The notes beneath the pieces are model-generated. The model did not search any database, was not told the DNA's origin, and worked only from the letters and a program-made list of their open reading frames with translations. A stretch of DNA of 64,000 bases, taken from positions 2,575,832-2,639,831 of the forward strand of contig OY969790.1 in NCBI GenBank assembly GCA_963703125.1, read 5' to 3'. The translations under genes were made by a program, and so were the position numbers. Positions 20,205-30,205 of this stretch are shown in pieces (within the stretch, counting starts at the first letter, position 1; each line of letters starts with the position of its first letter). The DNA is from an uncultured Flavobacteriaceae bacterium. Lineage in GTDB: Bacteria; Bacteroidota; Bacteroidia; Flavobacteriales; Flavobacteriaceae.

Positions 20205-21497
20205 ATGCGACTTTTTATTTTTTTAGCCTTTATTATAATTCTTTACACGCAAGGCCTGGGAATGAGATATGGAATTCCTGAGGATTTCTTTAAAATTGTC
20301 TTTTTCGTTTTTCCCCTTACCTTCATTGTTATAAAGACGAAATGGATACGTATGGCACCCGGTTTACTATTTATTGGCCTTTTTGTTATTTGGTCAATAG
20401 TCGCTTCAATTTATAATTCGGAGGGCATTCCACAAGGTTTTATGTTTTCGAGGTACTTGTTGATAGGCTATCTCGTGTTCTTTGGATTATATAACTCTTA
20501 TTTTAGTTTTAATGCCATTAGACTAATTAATAGGGTTATACTCGTGCTATTCTTTTTGCAAGTTGCGGCAGCAATTTTTGAAACCCTTTTTTTGGAAAGG
20601 ATGGAATATAATGTTGGGACGATGGCTTCCGATGGCGGAGGTTTGGCGACCACTTTCCCAATGTATGCTTTTTGTTTTTTCTTTTCTGGGTTTCTGTTTT
20701 TCAAAAAAATCAAATATCTGGTACTTGGGGCCAGTTTATTTATAGTCGGATATGCCAGCGGTAAATTGGGAATTTATTTTCTTCTGCCCTTATTGGCGTT
20801 CATAGGCTATTTGTTTTATTTAAGGTTGGAAAGATTACCATTACTTAATAAGCAGTCACTGAAGCTTGTTATTGGTTTTTTGACATTGGCCATTTTATTT
20901 GCAATTATATTGCCGTCGGCCGATTCACGAACAGCCAAACTTAATTTGGAGAATTTATCACCTTTGGAAAGGGTCCAGGTATTCGTTTCCTTTGCCGAAG
21001 AAGATAATGAAATGGCCGTAGATGGCTATACAATCTCCAGACAGGCCACTTCGCTTAGAATCATAGAAGAAACATTTAAGCGAGAGTTTGATGTTTTTCT
21101 TTTTGGGCAGGGATTTAAGGCCTATCAATCAATAGGCCATATTTTGGGTGAATCTGCTTATGAAGAATATCGTATTGTCTATGGGATAACCGGATGGTCC
21201 TATGATGCCTTGGTAATGGGTTGGCCAGGCGTTTTTTTTCACGTATTGTTTTTTTTTACGATCTTCATGAAATCCCTAGGTGTTTATAAAAGTTACTCAT
21301 TAAATACGTTTGGAAAGATGCTGGTATTTGCATGCCTATTGAACTTTTTCACTTTTTTAATCAACTATTTCTTCTATAATTATAGTTTTACGATAGGAGG
21401 TTGGATAATTTGCACACACCTCTACTTTTCTGCTCTTATCCTAGCACCGCAATATAGATATCTAATCGTTCAAAACGATGAAAAAATGCCATTTTAG
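20205..21497 (+). CDS. wzy: O-antigen polymerase-like (Wzy/O-antigen ligase family) membrane protein
   Basis: About 430 aa with 10 or more hydrophobic segments and one large loop. It sits between GT genes. Confidence 0.55.
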   Translation: MRLFIFLAFIIILYTQGLGMRYGIPEDFFKIVFFVFPLTFIVIKTKWIRMAPGLLFIGLFVIWSIVASIYNSEGIPQGFMFSRYLLIGYLVFFGLYNSYFSFNAIRLINRVILVLFFLQVAAAIFETLFLERMEYNVGTMASDGGGLATTFPMYAFCFFFSGFLFFKKIKYLVLGASLFIVGYASGKLGIYFLLPLLAFIGYLFYLRLERLPLLNKQSLKLVIGFLTLAILFAIILPSADSRTAKLNLENLSPLERVQVFVSFAEEDNEMAVDGYTISRQATSLRIIEETFKREFDVFLFGQGFKAYQSIGHILGESAYEEYRIVYGITGWSYDALVMGWPGVFFHVLFFFTIFMKSLGVYKSYSLNTFGKMLVFACLLNFFTFLINYFFYNYSFTIGGWIICTHLYFSALILAPQYRYLIVQNDEKMPF

Positions 21498-21836
21498 CCT
21501 GGTCAGGACCGTCACTTGAAAGATATGGAAAAAGGATAATGAATGATGGTTTCATGTTAACCAGATCAGCCCAAAAATAAAGGTCATTCAAGATTTGGCA
21601 ATAAAACGATTTTGGTATTTTTCGGCCTATAACCTTGCTTTTTACGATCGTTTTTTAATCTAAATTCGACGTTGACAAAAGGGTGCGATCATTCTGAAAA
21701 TTCAAAAGCATCCATTCAACGAATAGAATACTACTTTGACCTTTTTTTGTTAAAATTTTTACTTATTAACCCTTACTTTGACATGCGTTTAATTTTCTAA
21801 TATGCAATATCAATAGCATAAACTAAACATTCAATA

Positions 21837-22847
21837 TTGAAAAGGTTATTGGAAATTGGACCATATTCCGAAACGGGTGGGGTAAGTGTGCATATTAGAA
21901 GATTGGTTGACCTATTGACACCCGATTTTAAAGTGCAAATTATAGACGAATCCAAACGTAAGTTCAGTGATGGGAAAATATTCAATATAAGAACAAAGAA
22001 TTTTGCAAAATATCTTGGGCTTATATTCTCATCTGACGTAGTTCATATACATACTGCAATTAATTGGTTAAGGTTCATACATGTATTTGTTGCCAAATTG
22101 TTTTTCAGGAAAGTGGTCATAACGATTCACTCCGTAATGCATGTAGAGCATAAGAAGAATAATTTTTTGTTCTTGTCGAGTCTTGCTCTTTCTGACAAAA
22201 TTATTTTGGTTAGCAATCAAATAAAAGAATGCATAGGCAGTTCAAATGGCATTGTGATGCCCGCCTTCATACCGCCAAACTTAAAATCAGAGAAAGATTT
22301 GCCATCAAAAGTTTATGGCTTGTTAGAGGACAACAAAGGCAAAAGAATTGTGATTAGTAATGCCTATCGGTTGGATATCCATAATGGGAATGATTTATAT
22401 GGGTTTGATTTATTGTTGGATGTAGCGAAAACAATCCAAAAAAATGGCGATAATATATTCATGATTTTGGTGATCAGTTCAATTGACAGTGCCGATATAT
22501 ATTTAAAAAAATATACGGATTACATTGTTAATGAATCTTTGGAAAAAACCTTGGCCATTGTTCCGCATTCAATTTCGTTCATAAAATTAATAATGAAAAG
22601 TGATTTGGTTGTGAGGGCTACCAATACAGATGGCGATTCGTTGACTATTCGCGAAGGGCTTTACTTTAATAAAAAGGTTGTTGCGTCGGATGTTGTTTTA
22701 CGGCCTATAGGCACCATAATTTTTCGAAACAGGGATAGTGAAGATTTGTACAATAAAATTGTTGAAAGCTTAAAGAGCCCACCGAATAAAACAGACTCTT
22801 CAAAAATTGACTATCAAAGGTTTTATACGGAAACCTTATCATTTTAG
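21837..22847 (+). CDS. Glycosyltransferase family 4
   Basis: 336 aa from a TTG start. IGPYSETGGVSVHIRRL is at the N-terminus and TIREGLYFNKKVVASD near the C-terminus. Confidence 0.7.
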   Translation: MKRLLEIGPYSETGGVSVHIRRLVDLLTPDFKVQIIDESKRKFSDGKIFNIRTKNFAKYLGLIFSSDVVHIHTAINWLRFIHVFVAKLFFRKVVITIHSVMHVEHKKNNFLFLSSLALSDKIILVSNQIKECIGSSNGIVMPAFIPPNLKSEKDLPSKVYGLLEDNKGKRIVISNAYRLDIHNGNDLYGFDLLLDVAKTIQKNGDNIFMILVISSIDSADIYLKKYTDYIVNESLEKTLAIVPHSISFIKLIMKSDLVVRATNTDGDSLTIREGLYFNKKVVASDVVLRPIGTIIFRNRDSEDLYNKIVESLKSPPNKTDSSKIDYQRFYTETLSF

Positions 22848-23017
22848 TTGAGAAGGAAATACAGATAATAGCTATCACAAATTGTTCCCCCATTTAAATT
22901 TTTACAGCTAAAGGAGGTTTCTAAATCTAAGGAAAGATTAAGTGCGATTTTAATTTTAGTAGATGGTCCAAAATAGGGTTTGAGATTTCAAAAAGGCTCG
23001 CAAGAACCGTAATCAAT

Positions 23018-24898
23018 ATGTGTGGAATAGCAGGATTTGCAAATTTTGAAGATAATATAGGGCTGGCACTTAAGGCCAATGAGATACAGAAACATCGAGG
23101 GCCTGATGCTCAAGAGACCTGGTCCGACGGGTTTATTGCGTTGGCCCACCAGCGATTGTCGATTATTGATTTGGATAAAAGATCAAATCAGCCATTTGGA
23201 AAAGGTGATTATGTAATTATCTACAATGGAGAACTTTATAATTTTAAAGAATTAAGAAAGGAGCATCTCGGGGCAATTGAGTTTAAGACCACTTCAGATA
23301 CTGAAGTTGTACTTGAAATGTATATTAAATTTAAGGAAGATTGCCTGGTCTATTTTAAAGGAATGTTTTCATTCTGCATTTACAATATCCTGGCAAATGA
23401 AGTTTTCTGTGCAAGAGATCATTTTGGTATAAAGCCATTCTATTATTATTACCAGGATAATCAATTCGCTTTTGCATCGGAATTAAAGACTTTGGTGAAT
23501 TTGCCAAATTTCAGCAGATCCATTAACAAGAAGTCTCTGATTGCCAGTCTGAATTATTTATGGATTCCCGGAAATGAAACAATTTTTGAGCAGATTTCCA
23601 AATTACCTCCCGCCCACTATATAAGATTTGATAAACAAGGGGTATTTGAAAAAAAACAGTACTGGAGCTTAGAGACAAAAACGGTACATAAAAACGAAGA
23701 AGCTACAATCGATGATTTGAATTCAGAGTTTGAAAAAACAATTTCAAGGCATATGATAGCCGATGTACCCGTTAGCTCCTTTCTGAGCGGCGGTTTAGAT
23801 TCCTCACTCATTTCGGTGGCGGCTAAAAAAATCAATCAAAACATTTCAACCTATACCATTGGTATGGAAACCAAGGACAAGAAGATCGAAAGCATGCCCG
23901 ATGATCAAAAATATGCCAAAATTTTAGCTGATTTAAATGAATTTGATCACCACGAAATAATTATCAATTCAAACATTACCAGTGAACTGCCGGCAATCGT
24001 ACGAACGTTGGACGAACCTATAGGAGATCCAGCGGCAATAAATACCTATTTGATTTGTAAAGCGGCAAGGGAGAAAGGGGTTAAAGTCCTATTGTCAGGT
24101 ATGGGTGCGGATGAAATATTTTGCGGATATAGAAGGCAGAAAGCACTGATAATGGCCGAAAAATATAAGGCGGTTCCATCAGTAATTAGAAAGCTGATAA
24201 AGCAAGCCACGGATTTCCTTCCCGTAAAAATTGGAAATAGGGGCTTGAGATTGGCAAGATGGTCTAAAAAATTCATATCATTTGCCGAAAAACCAACGGA
24301 AGAGGCCTATCGCATTAGCTATTCCTATTATGGCAAAGAAGAATTGCTCGCATTGTTAAAGAAAGATAGCGAGATACAAATTGAGGAAATATACAATGAG
24401 CATAGAACCATTTTTGGATCGGCTTATAAGGGTGACATTATAAATCAAATGTGCCATACCGACATAAACATGTTTATGGTAGGCCTTAATCTAACGTATA
24501 CCGATAGGGCATCCATGGCAGCATCCGTTGAGGTCAGGGTTCCGTTCATAGATAAAGATTTCATTGAGAATGCTATGAAAATAGATGGAAAGTATAAATA
24601 CCACAACGGGGAATCCAAGTATATTCTTAAAAAGATGGCCGAGAAATATTTACCAAAAAAAATAATCTACAGACCAAAAGCATCTTTTGGTGCCCCAATT
24701 AGATCTTGGATATCGGGGGATTTAAGGCATATGATCGATGAAAACCTTTCTAGGTCCGCCATTGAGAAGAGAGGTTTATTCAATTATGAATTCATAAGCG
24801 GATTAATTGAAAATGACCGGGCCGGTGTTGAGGATAATGCCTATAGAATATATCAATTATTGACCATTGAATTATGGTTTAAAGAATTTATAGATTAA
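23018..24898 (+). CDS. Asparagine synthase (glutamine-hydrolysing)-family amidotransferase
   Basis: MCGIAGF (Ntn Cys2) and the SGGLDSS PP-loop are present. Confidence 0.9.
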   Translation: MCGIAGFANFEDNIGLALKANEIQKHRGPDAQETWSDGFIALAHQRLSIIDLDKRSNQPFGKGDYVIIYNGELYNFKELRKEHLGAIEFKTTSDTEVVLEMYIKFKEDCLVYFKGMFSFCIYNILANEVFCARDHFGIKPFYYYYQDNQFAFASELKTLVNLPNFSRSINKKSLIASLNYLWIPGNETIFEQISKLPPAHYIRFDKQGVFEKKQYWSLETKTVHKNEEATIDDLNSEFEKTISRHMIADVPVSSFLSGGLDSSLISVAAKKINQNISTYTIGMETKDKKIESMPDDQKYAKILADLNEFDHHEIIINSNITSELPAIVRTLDEPIGDPAAINTYLICKAAREKGVKVLLSGMGADEIFCGYRRQKALIMAEKYKAVPSVIRKLIKQATDFLPVKIGNRGLRLARWSKKFISFAEKPTEEAYRISYSYYGKEELLALLKKDSEIQIEEIYNEHRTIFGSAYKGDIINQMCHTDINMFMVGLNLTYTDRASMAASVEVRVPFIDKDFIENAMKIDGKYKYHNGESKYILKKMAEKYLPKKIIYRPKASFGAPIRSWISGDLRHMIDENLSRSAIEKRGLFNYEFISGLIENDRAGVEDNAYRIYQLLTIELWFKEFID

Positions 24899-24899
24899 T

Positions 24900-27038
24900 A
24901 TGAAACAAATTACCCAAAAGCTAGGTTCCGGAGATATGATCATTCAAGAAATTCCTTATCCACAATTAGGCAGGAACATGGTTATGGTCAAAAATCATTT
25001 TTCTATTATAAGTGCCGGTACAGAGGGCTCAACGGTTCTAGCAGCTCGTAAAAGCTTATTGGGAAAGGCCAAGGAACGTCCACAACAGGTAAAACAAGTG
25101 TTGGATACCCTAAAAAAGCAAGGCCCTCTACAGACTTATAGGGCGGTAATGAAAAAGCTGGATGCATATTCACCTCTGGGATATAGCTGTTCGGGTGAGG
25201 TTGTGGAAGTGGGCGAAGGGGTAACCGAAATTCAAGTTGGTGATATGGTGGCATGTGCCGGTGCGGGATACGCAAATCATGCAGAAATGGTGACAATACC
25301 TCTTAATTTATGCGTGAAAATCGATTATAATGCGAATTTAAGGGATGCGGCCTATAATACCTTGGGAGCCATTTCCATGCAAGGTGTGCGCCAAGCCGAT
25401 TTAAGGGTAGCCGAATCCTGTGTGGTGATTGGGTTGGGGCTGCTGGGTCAATTGGCCTGTCTTATTCTAAAGGCCTCGGGGGTTAAGGTTATTGGTGTAG
25501 ATGTTTCAGAGGCAGCGGTAAAAATGGCAATAGACAATCATGCCGTGGATCTGGGGATCGTCCGGGACTCTTCAGGCATTGAGAATCGAATTATGGCGGC
25601 TACCAATGGGGTTGGTGCCGATGCGGTAATTATAGCCGCGGCAACATCCAGTATTGACCCAATCAATTTTGCTGGTGCCATTTCTAGAAAAAAGGGGAAG
25701 GTAATCGTACTGGGCGCAGTACCCACGGGATTTGATAGAGATCCTTATTGGTACCGAAAGGAATTGGAACTGAAAATGGCTTGTTCTTACGGTCCCGGTA
25801 GATATGATATCAATTATGAAGAAAAGGGGATTGATTACCCCATTGCGTATGTTCGATGGACTGAAAGGAGAAACATGGAGGCATTTCAGTACCTGTTGTC
25901 CACTCAAAAAATTGACATTGGTTACCTAACGACCCATACCTTTGACTTTGAAGATGCTCCCCTTGCTTTTGATATGATAGTGAAAAAGACCGAACCCTAC
26001 ATAGGCATCTCGCTAAAGTATGATGTGTCTAAAAAGCATAAAAGAGAATCCATAGTTGTTAATAAAGAAACTATTAATGGAAAGATAGGCCTCTCTTTTA
26101 TTGGTGCAGGAAGTTATGCCCAAGGAAATTTATTACCGAATATTCCAAATTCAAAGGATATTTCCAAAATAGGAATTCTTACAAACTCAGGAACAACTTC
26201 TAAAAGAGTTGCTGAAAGGTTTGGGTTTAGCTTTTGCGCATCTGATGAATTGGATGTATTGGATGATCGGACAAATACCTTGTTTATTGCCACACGGCAT
26301 GACTCGCACGGAGGTTATGTGCTCAAAGGTTTGAAGGCGAACAAAAATGTCTTTGTAGAGAAGCCGCTTTGCTTGCGCGAATCAGAACTGAATGAAATTA
26401 TAGCGGCAAAAAATCTTTCTGGAAAATCTGTCATGATAGGATTCAATCGTCGGTTTTCTCCTTACTCGCAGACAATCAAATTTGAATTGGGCAGCGGACC
26501 CAAATCAATGATATATAGAATAAATGCGGGTACCATACCACCGGATAATTGGATTCAGGATATGGAATTAGGAGGAGGAAGGATACTTGGCGAAGTTTGT
26601 CATTTTATTGATTACCTCACTTTTATTAACGGCAGTTTGCCCTCAATGGTAGGCGCCCATGCCTTACCAGACCCTAATGGTCTGAATGATACATTGAACA
26701 TTCTGTTAAAATTTGAGAATGGTTCTACCGGCGTAATTGCATATTATGCCAATGGCTCAAAATCGCTTTCAAAAGAGTACGTTGAAATTTATGGACAGGG
26801 CAAAACAGCCATACTAAACGATTTCAAGGAATTGAAGATTTATGGCAGCGGAAAACCTTCAAGCAAAAAATCATTGAATCAAAATAAAGGTCAGAAAGAA
26901 ATGGTAACAGCTTATTTTAATGGGTTGGTAAATGATGGAGAAATTCCTATTCCATTTGAGGAAATCGTTTCCGTTACCAATGCGACTTTCAAAGTAATAA
27001 AATCGATTAAGAATAATGGTCAACAGTTTAGTGTCTAA
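24900..27038 (+). CDS. Bi-domain oxidoreductase (N-terminal MDR/Zn-ADH-like plus C-terminal Gfo/Idh/MocA)
   Basis: 712 aa with two Rossmann motifs, VIGLGLLGQL and LSFIGAGSYAQGN. Confidence 0.8.
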   Translation: MKQITQKLGSGDMIIQEIPYPQLGRNMVMVKNHFSIISAGTEGSTVLAARKSLLGKAKERPQQVKQVLDTLKKQGPLQTYRAVMKKLDAYSPLGYSCSGEVVEVGEGVTEIQVGDMVACAGAGYANHAEMVTIPLNLCVKIDYNANLRDAAYNTLGAISMQGVRQADLRVAESCVVIGLGLLGQLACLILKASGVKVIGVDVSEAAVKMAIDNHAVDLGIVRDSSGIENRIMAATNGVGADAVIIAAATSSIDPINFAGAISRKKGKVIVLGAVPTGFDRDPYWYRKELELKMACSYGPGRYDINYEEKGIDYPIAYVRWTERRNMEAFQYLLSTQKIDIGYLTTHTFDFEDAPLAFDMIVKKTEPYIGISLKYDVSKKHKRESIVVNKETINGKIGLSFIGAGSYAQGNLLPNIPNSKDISKIGILTNSGTTSKRVAERFGFSFCASDELDVLDDRTNTLFIATRHDSHGGYVLKGLKANKNVFVEKPLCLRESELNEIIAAKNLSGKSVMIGFNRRFSPYSQTIKFELGSGPKSMIYRINAGTIPPDNWIQDMELGGGRILGEVCHFIDYLTFINGSLPSMVGAHALPDPNGLNDTLNILLKFENGSTGVIAYYANGSKSLSKEYVEIYGQGKTAILNDFKELKIYGSGKPSSKKSLNQNKGQKEMVTAYFNGLVNDGEIPIPFEEIVSVTNATFKVIKSIKNNGQQFSV

Positions 27039-28233
27039 CTCTGAAAAGGCAATACAAGCACTTAAAAACTATTGCGAATTAGAGCAGTTTAGAGGGTGGG
27101 ATCCCTATGACGGTTTAAATTCGAAAATTTTCAATGCCCTTCCTTTGAAGCATTGGGATTTTGCCCGATTGGCATGGATTCAAGGATTTAAAAGGTCTCC
27201 GATAAATTTTAGAAAATGGTTATTGGTGCCTAAGGAACATAATGCCAAAGGGATTGCACTTTTATTGTCGGGTTATTGTAATTTATATCGGTTGGCCGCA
27301 AATGGTTCAAATACTTTTGGGACTAAGGAAGACCTTGAGAGTCAGATAGTTTACTTGGCTGAACTGCTTTTAAAAATGATGAATACCGAATACAGCGGTG
27401 CATGCTGGGGGTATAATTTTGATTGGCAGGCAAGAAGACTTTTTCTATTCCCCAAAAACACCCCTACCGTTGTCGCAACATCCTTCTGTGTCGAAGCCTT
27501 GATTAAGGCCTATGAGATTACCAAACATAAAAAATATCTTGAAACCGCATTGTCTTCCTCAAATTTTGTACTGAAAGATCTTCAAAGAACCCATCATAAG
27601 TCAGGCTTTCTTTTTTCCTATTCCCCTCTGAATGGAAATAACACGGTATTCAATGCAAGTTTACTGGGTTCTAAAATTTTAAGCCAGGTTTACGCATATA
27701 CGCAAGATGAACTTTTATTAGAAACGGCAGCACTTACCATTAGAGCATGCTGCGATTCCCAAGGTGAAGATGGTTCTTGGGTTTATGGGATGTTACCTGT
27801 CCAAAGTTGGATTGATAGTTTTCATACGGGATATAATCTCGAGGCAATTACTGCCTATCAAAAAGTTACCGGTGATTTCCAGTTTAAGGAGAATATTGAT
27901 AAAGGACTCCATTTCTATTTGGGAAATTTTTTCGATTCCGATGGAATCCCCAATTATTATCATAACAAAAGATACCCGATCGATATTCATTGTCCTGGTC
28001 AATTGTTTGTCACTTTGCACAAAACAGACAGTTTCCCTGAAAATGGTGTTTTGGCACAAAAAGTATTGAAATGGACACTGGATCATATGCAGGATCCCAA
28101 GGGATTTTTTTACTATCAATTGAAAAAAGGGGTTAATTCAAAAATTCCCTACATGAGATGGAGCAATTCATTCATGTTTAATGCATTGACATATTATCAA
28201 TTAAATATGGGTTTTGGAAATGGAATCGAATAA
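27016..28233 (+). CDS. Conserved hypothetical protein, possibly (alpha/alpha)6-barrel
   Basis: 405 aa with GWDPYDGLNS, WGYNFDWQ and SFHTGYNLEAI. The fold assignment is from memory only. Confidence 0.3.
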   Translation: MVNSLVSNSEKAIQALKNYCELEQFRGWDPYDGLNSKIFNALPLKHWDFARLAWIQGFKRSPINFRKWLLVPKEHNAKGIALLLSGYCNLYRLAANGSNTFGTKEDLESQIVYLAELLLKMMNTEYSGACWGYNFDWQARRLFLFPKNTPTVVATSFCVEALIKAYEITKHKKYLETALSSSNFVLKDLQRTHHKSGFLFSYSPLNGNNTVFNASLLGSKILSQVYAYTQDELLLETAALTIRACCDSQGEDGSWVYGMLPVQSWIDSFHTGYNLEAITAYQKVTGDFQFKENIDKGLHFYLGNFFDSDGIPNYYHNKRYPIDIHCPGQLFVTLHKTDSFPENGVLAQKVLKWTLDHMQDPKGFFYYQLKKGVNSKIPYMRWSNSFMFNALTYYQLNMGFGNGIE

Positions 28234-28918
28234 ATTAAACGGTGTTGTTACCTACGCACCCCATTCTCGAAAGGCACTTATGGAGTATGCCTTTGAAAAT
28301 AAGAATATACTTGTTGCCGTGAACGCAGAAAAGATATTGCATGCCACGGATGAGATGCGTGCCATAATCAATAGAAATGTCGGATATCCTGACGGAACTG
28401 GTGCGGTATGGGCCTTGAAAAGGAAAGGCCACAAAAATGCCCAAAAAATACCCGGTTGCGAATTTTGGTTGGATATCGTAAACGAACATTACCTGGACAA
28501 AACATTCTATTTGGTTGGTGGCAAGGATGATGTTATTGCGAAAACGGTTTTTAAGCTAAATCATGAATTTCCTGGAATAAAAATATTAAATTATCGAAAT
28601 GGATTTCTACGTGATAACGAAGAACGCATGGCTCTTGTACATGATGTATACGAAAAAAAACCAGATGTTGTTTTTGTCGCCATGGGATCACCAAAGCAGG
28701 AAATCTTGATGGAAGAAATGCATCGGCAACATCCTGCGGTCTATCAGGGATTGGGAGGAAGTTTTGATGTTTTTACAGGCCAAGTAAAACGGGCGCCACG
28801 TTGGTGGGTAAATAACAATATGGAATGGACCTATAGGTTGTTAAGTCAACCGTCAAGGATAAAACGTCAAATTCATCTACTTCGATTTTTTTTTAACTTA
28901 AGACTCAACAAGCTATAA
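28214..28918 (+). CDS. WecB/TagA/CpsF-family (GT26) glycosyltransferase
   Basis: 234 aa with VAMGSPKQE, the family hallmark. Confidence 0.85.
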   Translation: MEMESNKLNGVVTYAPHSRKALMEYAFENKNILVAVNAEKILHATDEMRAIINRNVGYPDGTGAVWALKRKGHKNAQKIPGCEFWLDIVNEHYLDKTFYLVGGKDDVIAKTVFKLNHEFPGIKILNYRNGFLRDNEERMALVHDVYEKKPDVVFVAMGSPKQEILMEEMHRQHPAVYQGLGGSFDVFTGQVKRAPRWWVNNNMEWTYRLLSQPSRIKRQIHLLRFFFNLRLNKL

Positions 28919-28928
28919 ATTTTATCAA

Positions 28929-30026
28929 ATGATGAAAATTACAATTGTTGCCGGTGCCCGGCCAAACTTTGTGAAAATTGCTCCAATTATCCATGCTATT
29001 AAGGTAGCACAAATACAGGGCCATAATATAGCATACAGACTTGTTCATACTGGTCAGCATTATGATAAGAGAATGTCGGGAGATTTCTTTGAGGAATTAG
29101 AGATTCCATTACCTGATGCCAACTTGGAGGCTGGTGGGGGTTCACAAGCGGAACAGACGGCAAATATCATGGTTCGATTTGAACAGGATTTAGTTAAGAA
29201 CCCTGCGGATCTTGTATTGGTCGTAGGAGATGTTACTTCTACAATGGCATGCGCCATTGTGGCGCAAAAGGCACATATCAAGGTTGCACATGTTGAAGGA
29301 GGAATACGGTCAAACGATTGGACCATGCCTGAGGAAATCAATAGATTGGTCACCGATGCAATTACGAATTACTTTTTTACAACTTCTGAAGTGGCCAATA
29401 ATAATTTACTTAAAAGTGGTGTAAAAGAGGAAAGTATTTTCTATGTGGGAAACACCATGATAGATACTTTGATGAAGCAGCGACCTCGGTTTAGAAAACC
29501 AAAGATTTGGGATGATTTAAAATTACAGGAGAAAAACTATTTGATGATGACCCTACACCGTCCTGCAAATGTGGATCAAGAAACGCAATTAAAAGCATTG
29601 CTGGACGAAATTATATACCACAGCAAGGACCTACCACTAATTTTTCCGGTGCATCCTAGGACTGCTAAGATATTGCAAACCTTAGGAGTTAATCACCCTC
29701 GCTTACATATGATTGAACCCCTTGGATATTTGGAGTTTAATTATTTAGTCGAGCGTTCCAAGGCCGTTTTGACTGATTCTGGAGGAATAACTGAGGAAAC
29801 AACTGTAATGAGCATACCTTGTATGACGCTACGTGACAATACCGAACGTCCCGAAACAATTATAGAGGGTACGAATGAGCTTTTAGGAACGGATCCAAAG
29901 GCAATTAGGCCAGCAATGGAAAAGTTGTTCAAGGGTAATTGGAAATTGGGCAAAACCCCTTATTTATGGGACGGAAAAACGGCTGAACGCATTGTCGATA
30001 TTATATTAAGATTCAACGAGATATAA
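28929..30026 (+). CDS. wecB: UDP-N-acetylglucosamine 2-epimerase (non-hydrolysing)
   Basis: MKITIVAGARPNFVKIAPI at the N-terminus, plus HVEGGIRS and DSGGITEE. Confidence 0.9.
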   Translation: MMKITIVAGARPNFVKIAPIIHAIKVAQIQGHNIAYRLVHTGQHYDKRMSGDFFEELEIPLPDANLEAGGGSQAEQTANIMVRFEQDLVKNPADLVLVVGDVTSTMACAIVAQKAHIKVAHVEGGIRSNDWTMPEEINRLVTDAITNYFFTTSEVANNNLLKSGVKEESIFYVGNTMIDTLMKQRPRFRKPKIWDDLKLQEKNYLMMTLHRPANVDQETQLKALLDEIIYHSKDLPLIFPVHPRTAKILQTLGVNHPRLHMIEPLGYLEFNYLVERSKAVLTDSGGITEETTVMSIPCMTLRDNTERPETIIEGTNELLGTDPKAIRPAMEKLFKGNWKLGKTPYLWDGKTAERIVDIILRFNEI

Positions 30027-30205
30027 ATTTAAGCAAATTATAAATTCTTAATATTACCAAGTTATTATTGAATGGATTCTCCGCTCTCGGGAGACATATT
30101 TAAAAATAAAGACTAATAATTTAATGGCAAAGCACCATATGATTTTGTGGACAAGAGTTGCTAATTATCTTTTCTTAATGCAAAATAGTTTGGAAACATA
30201 GTAAA

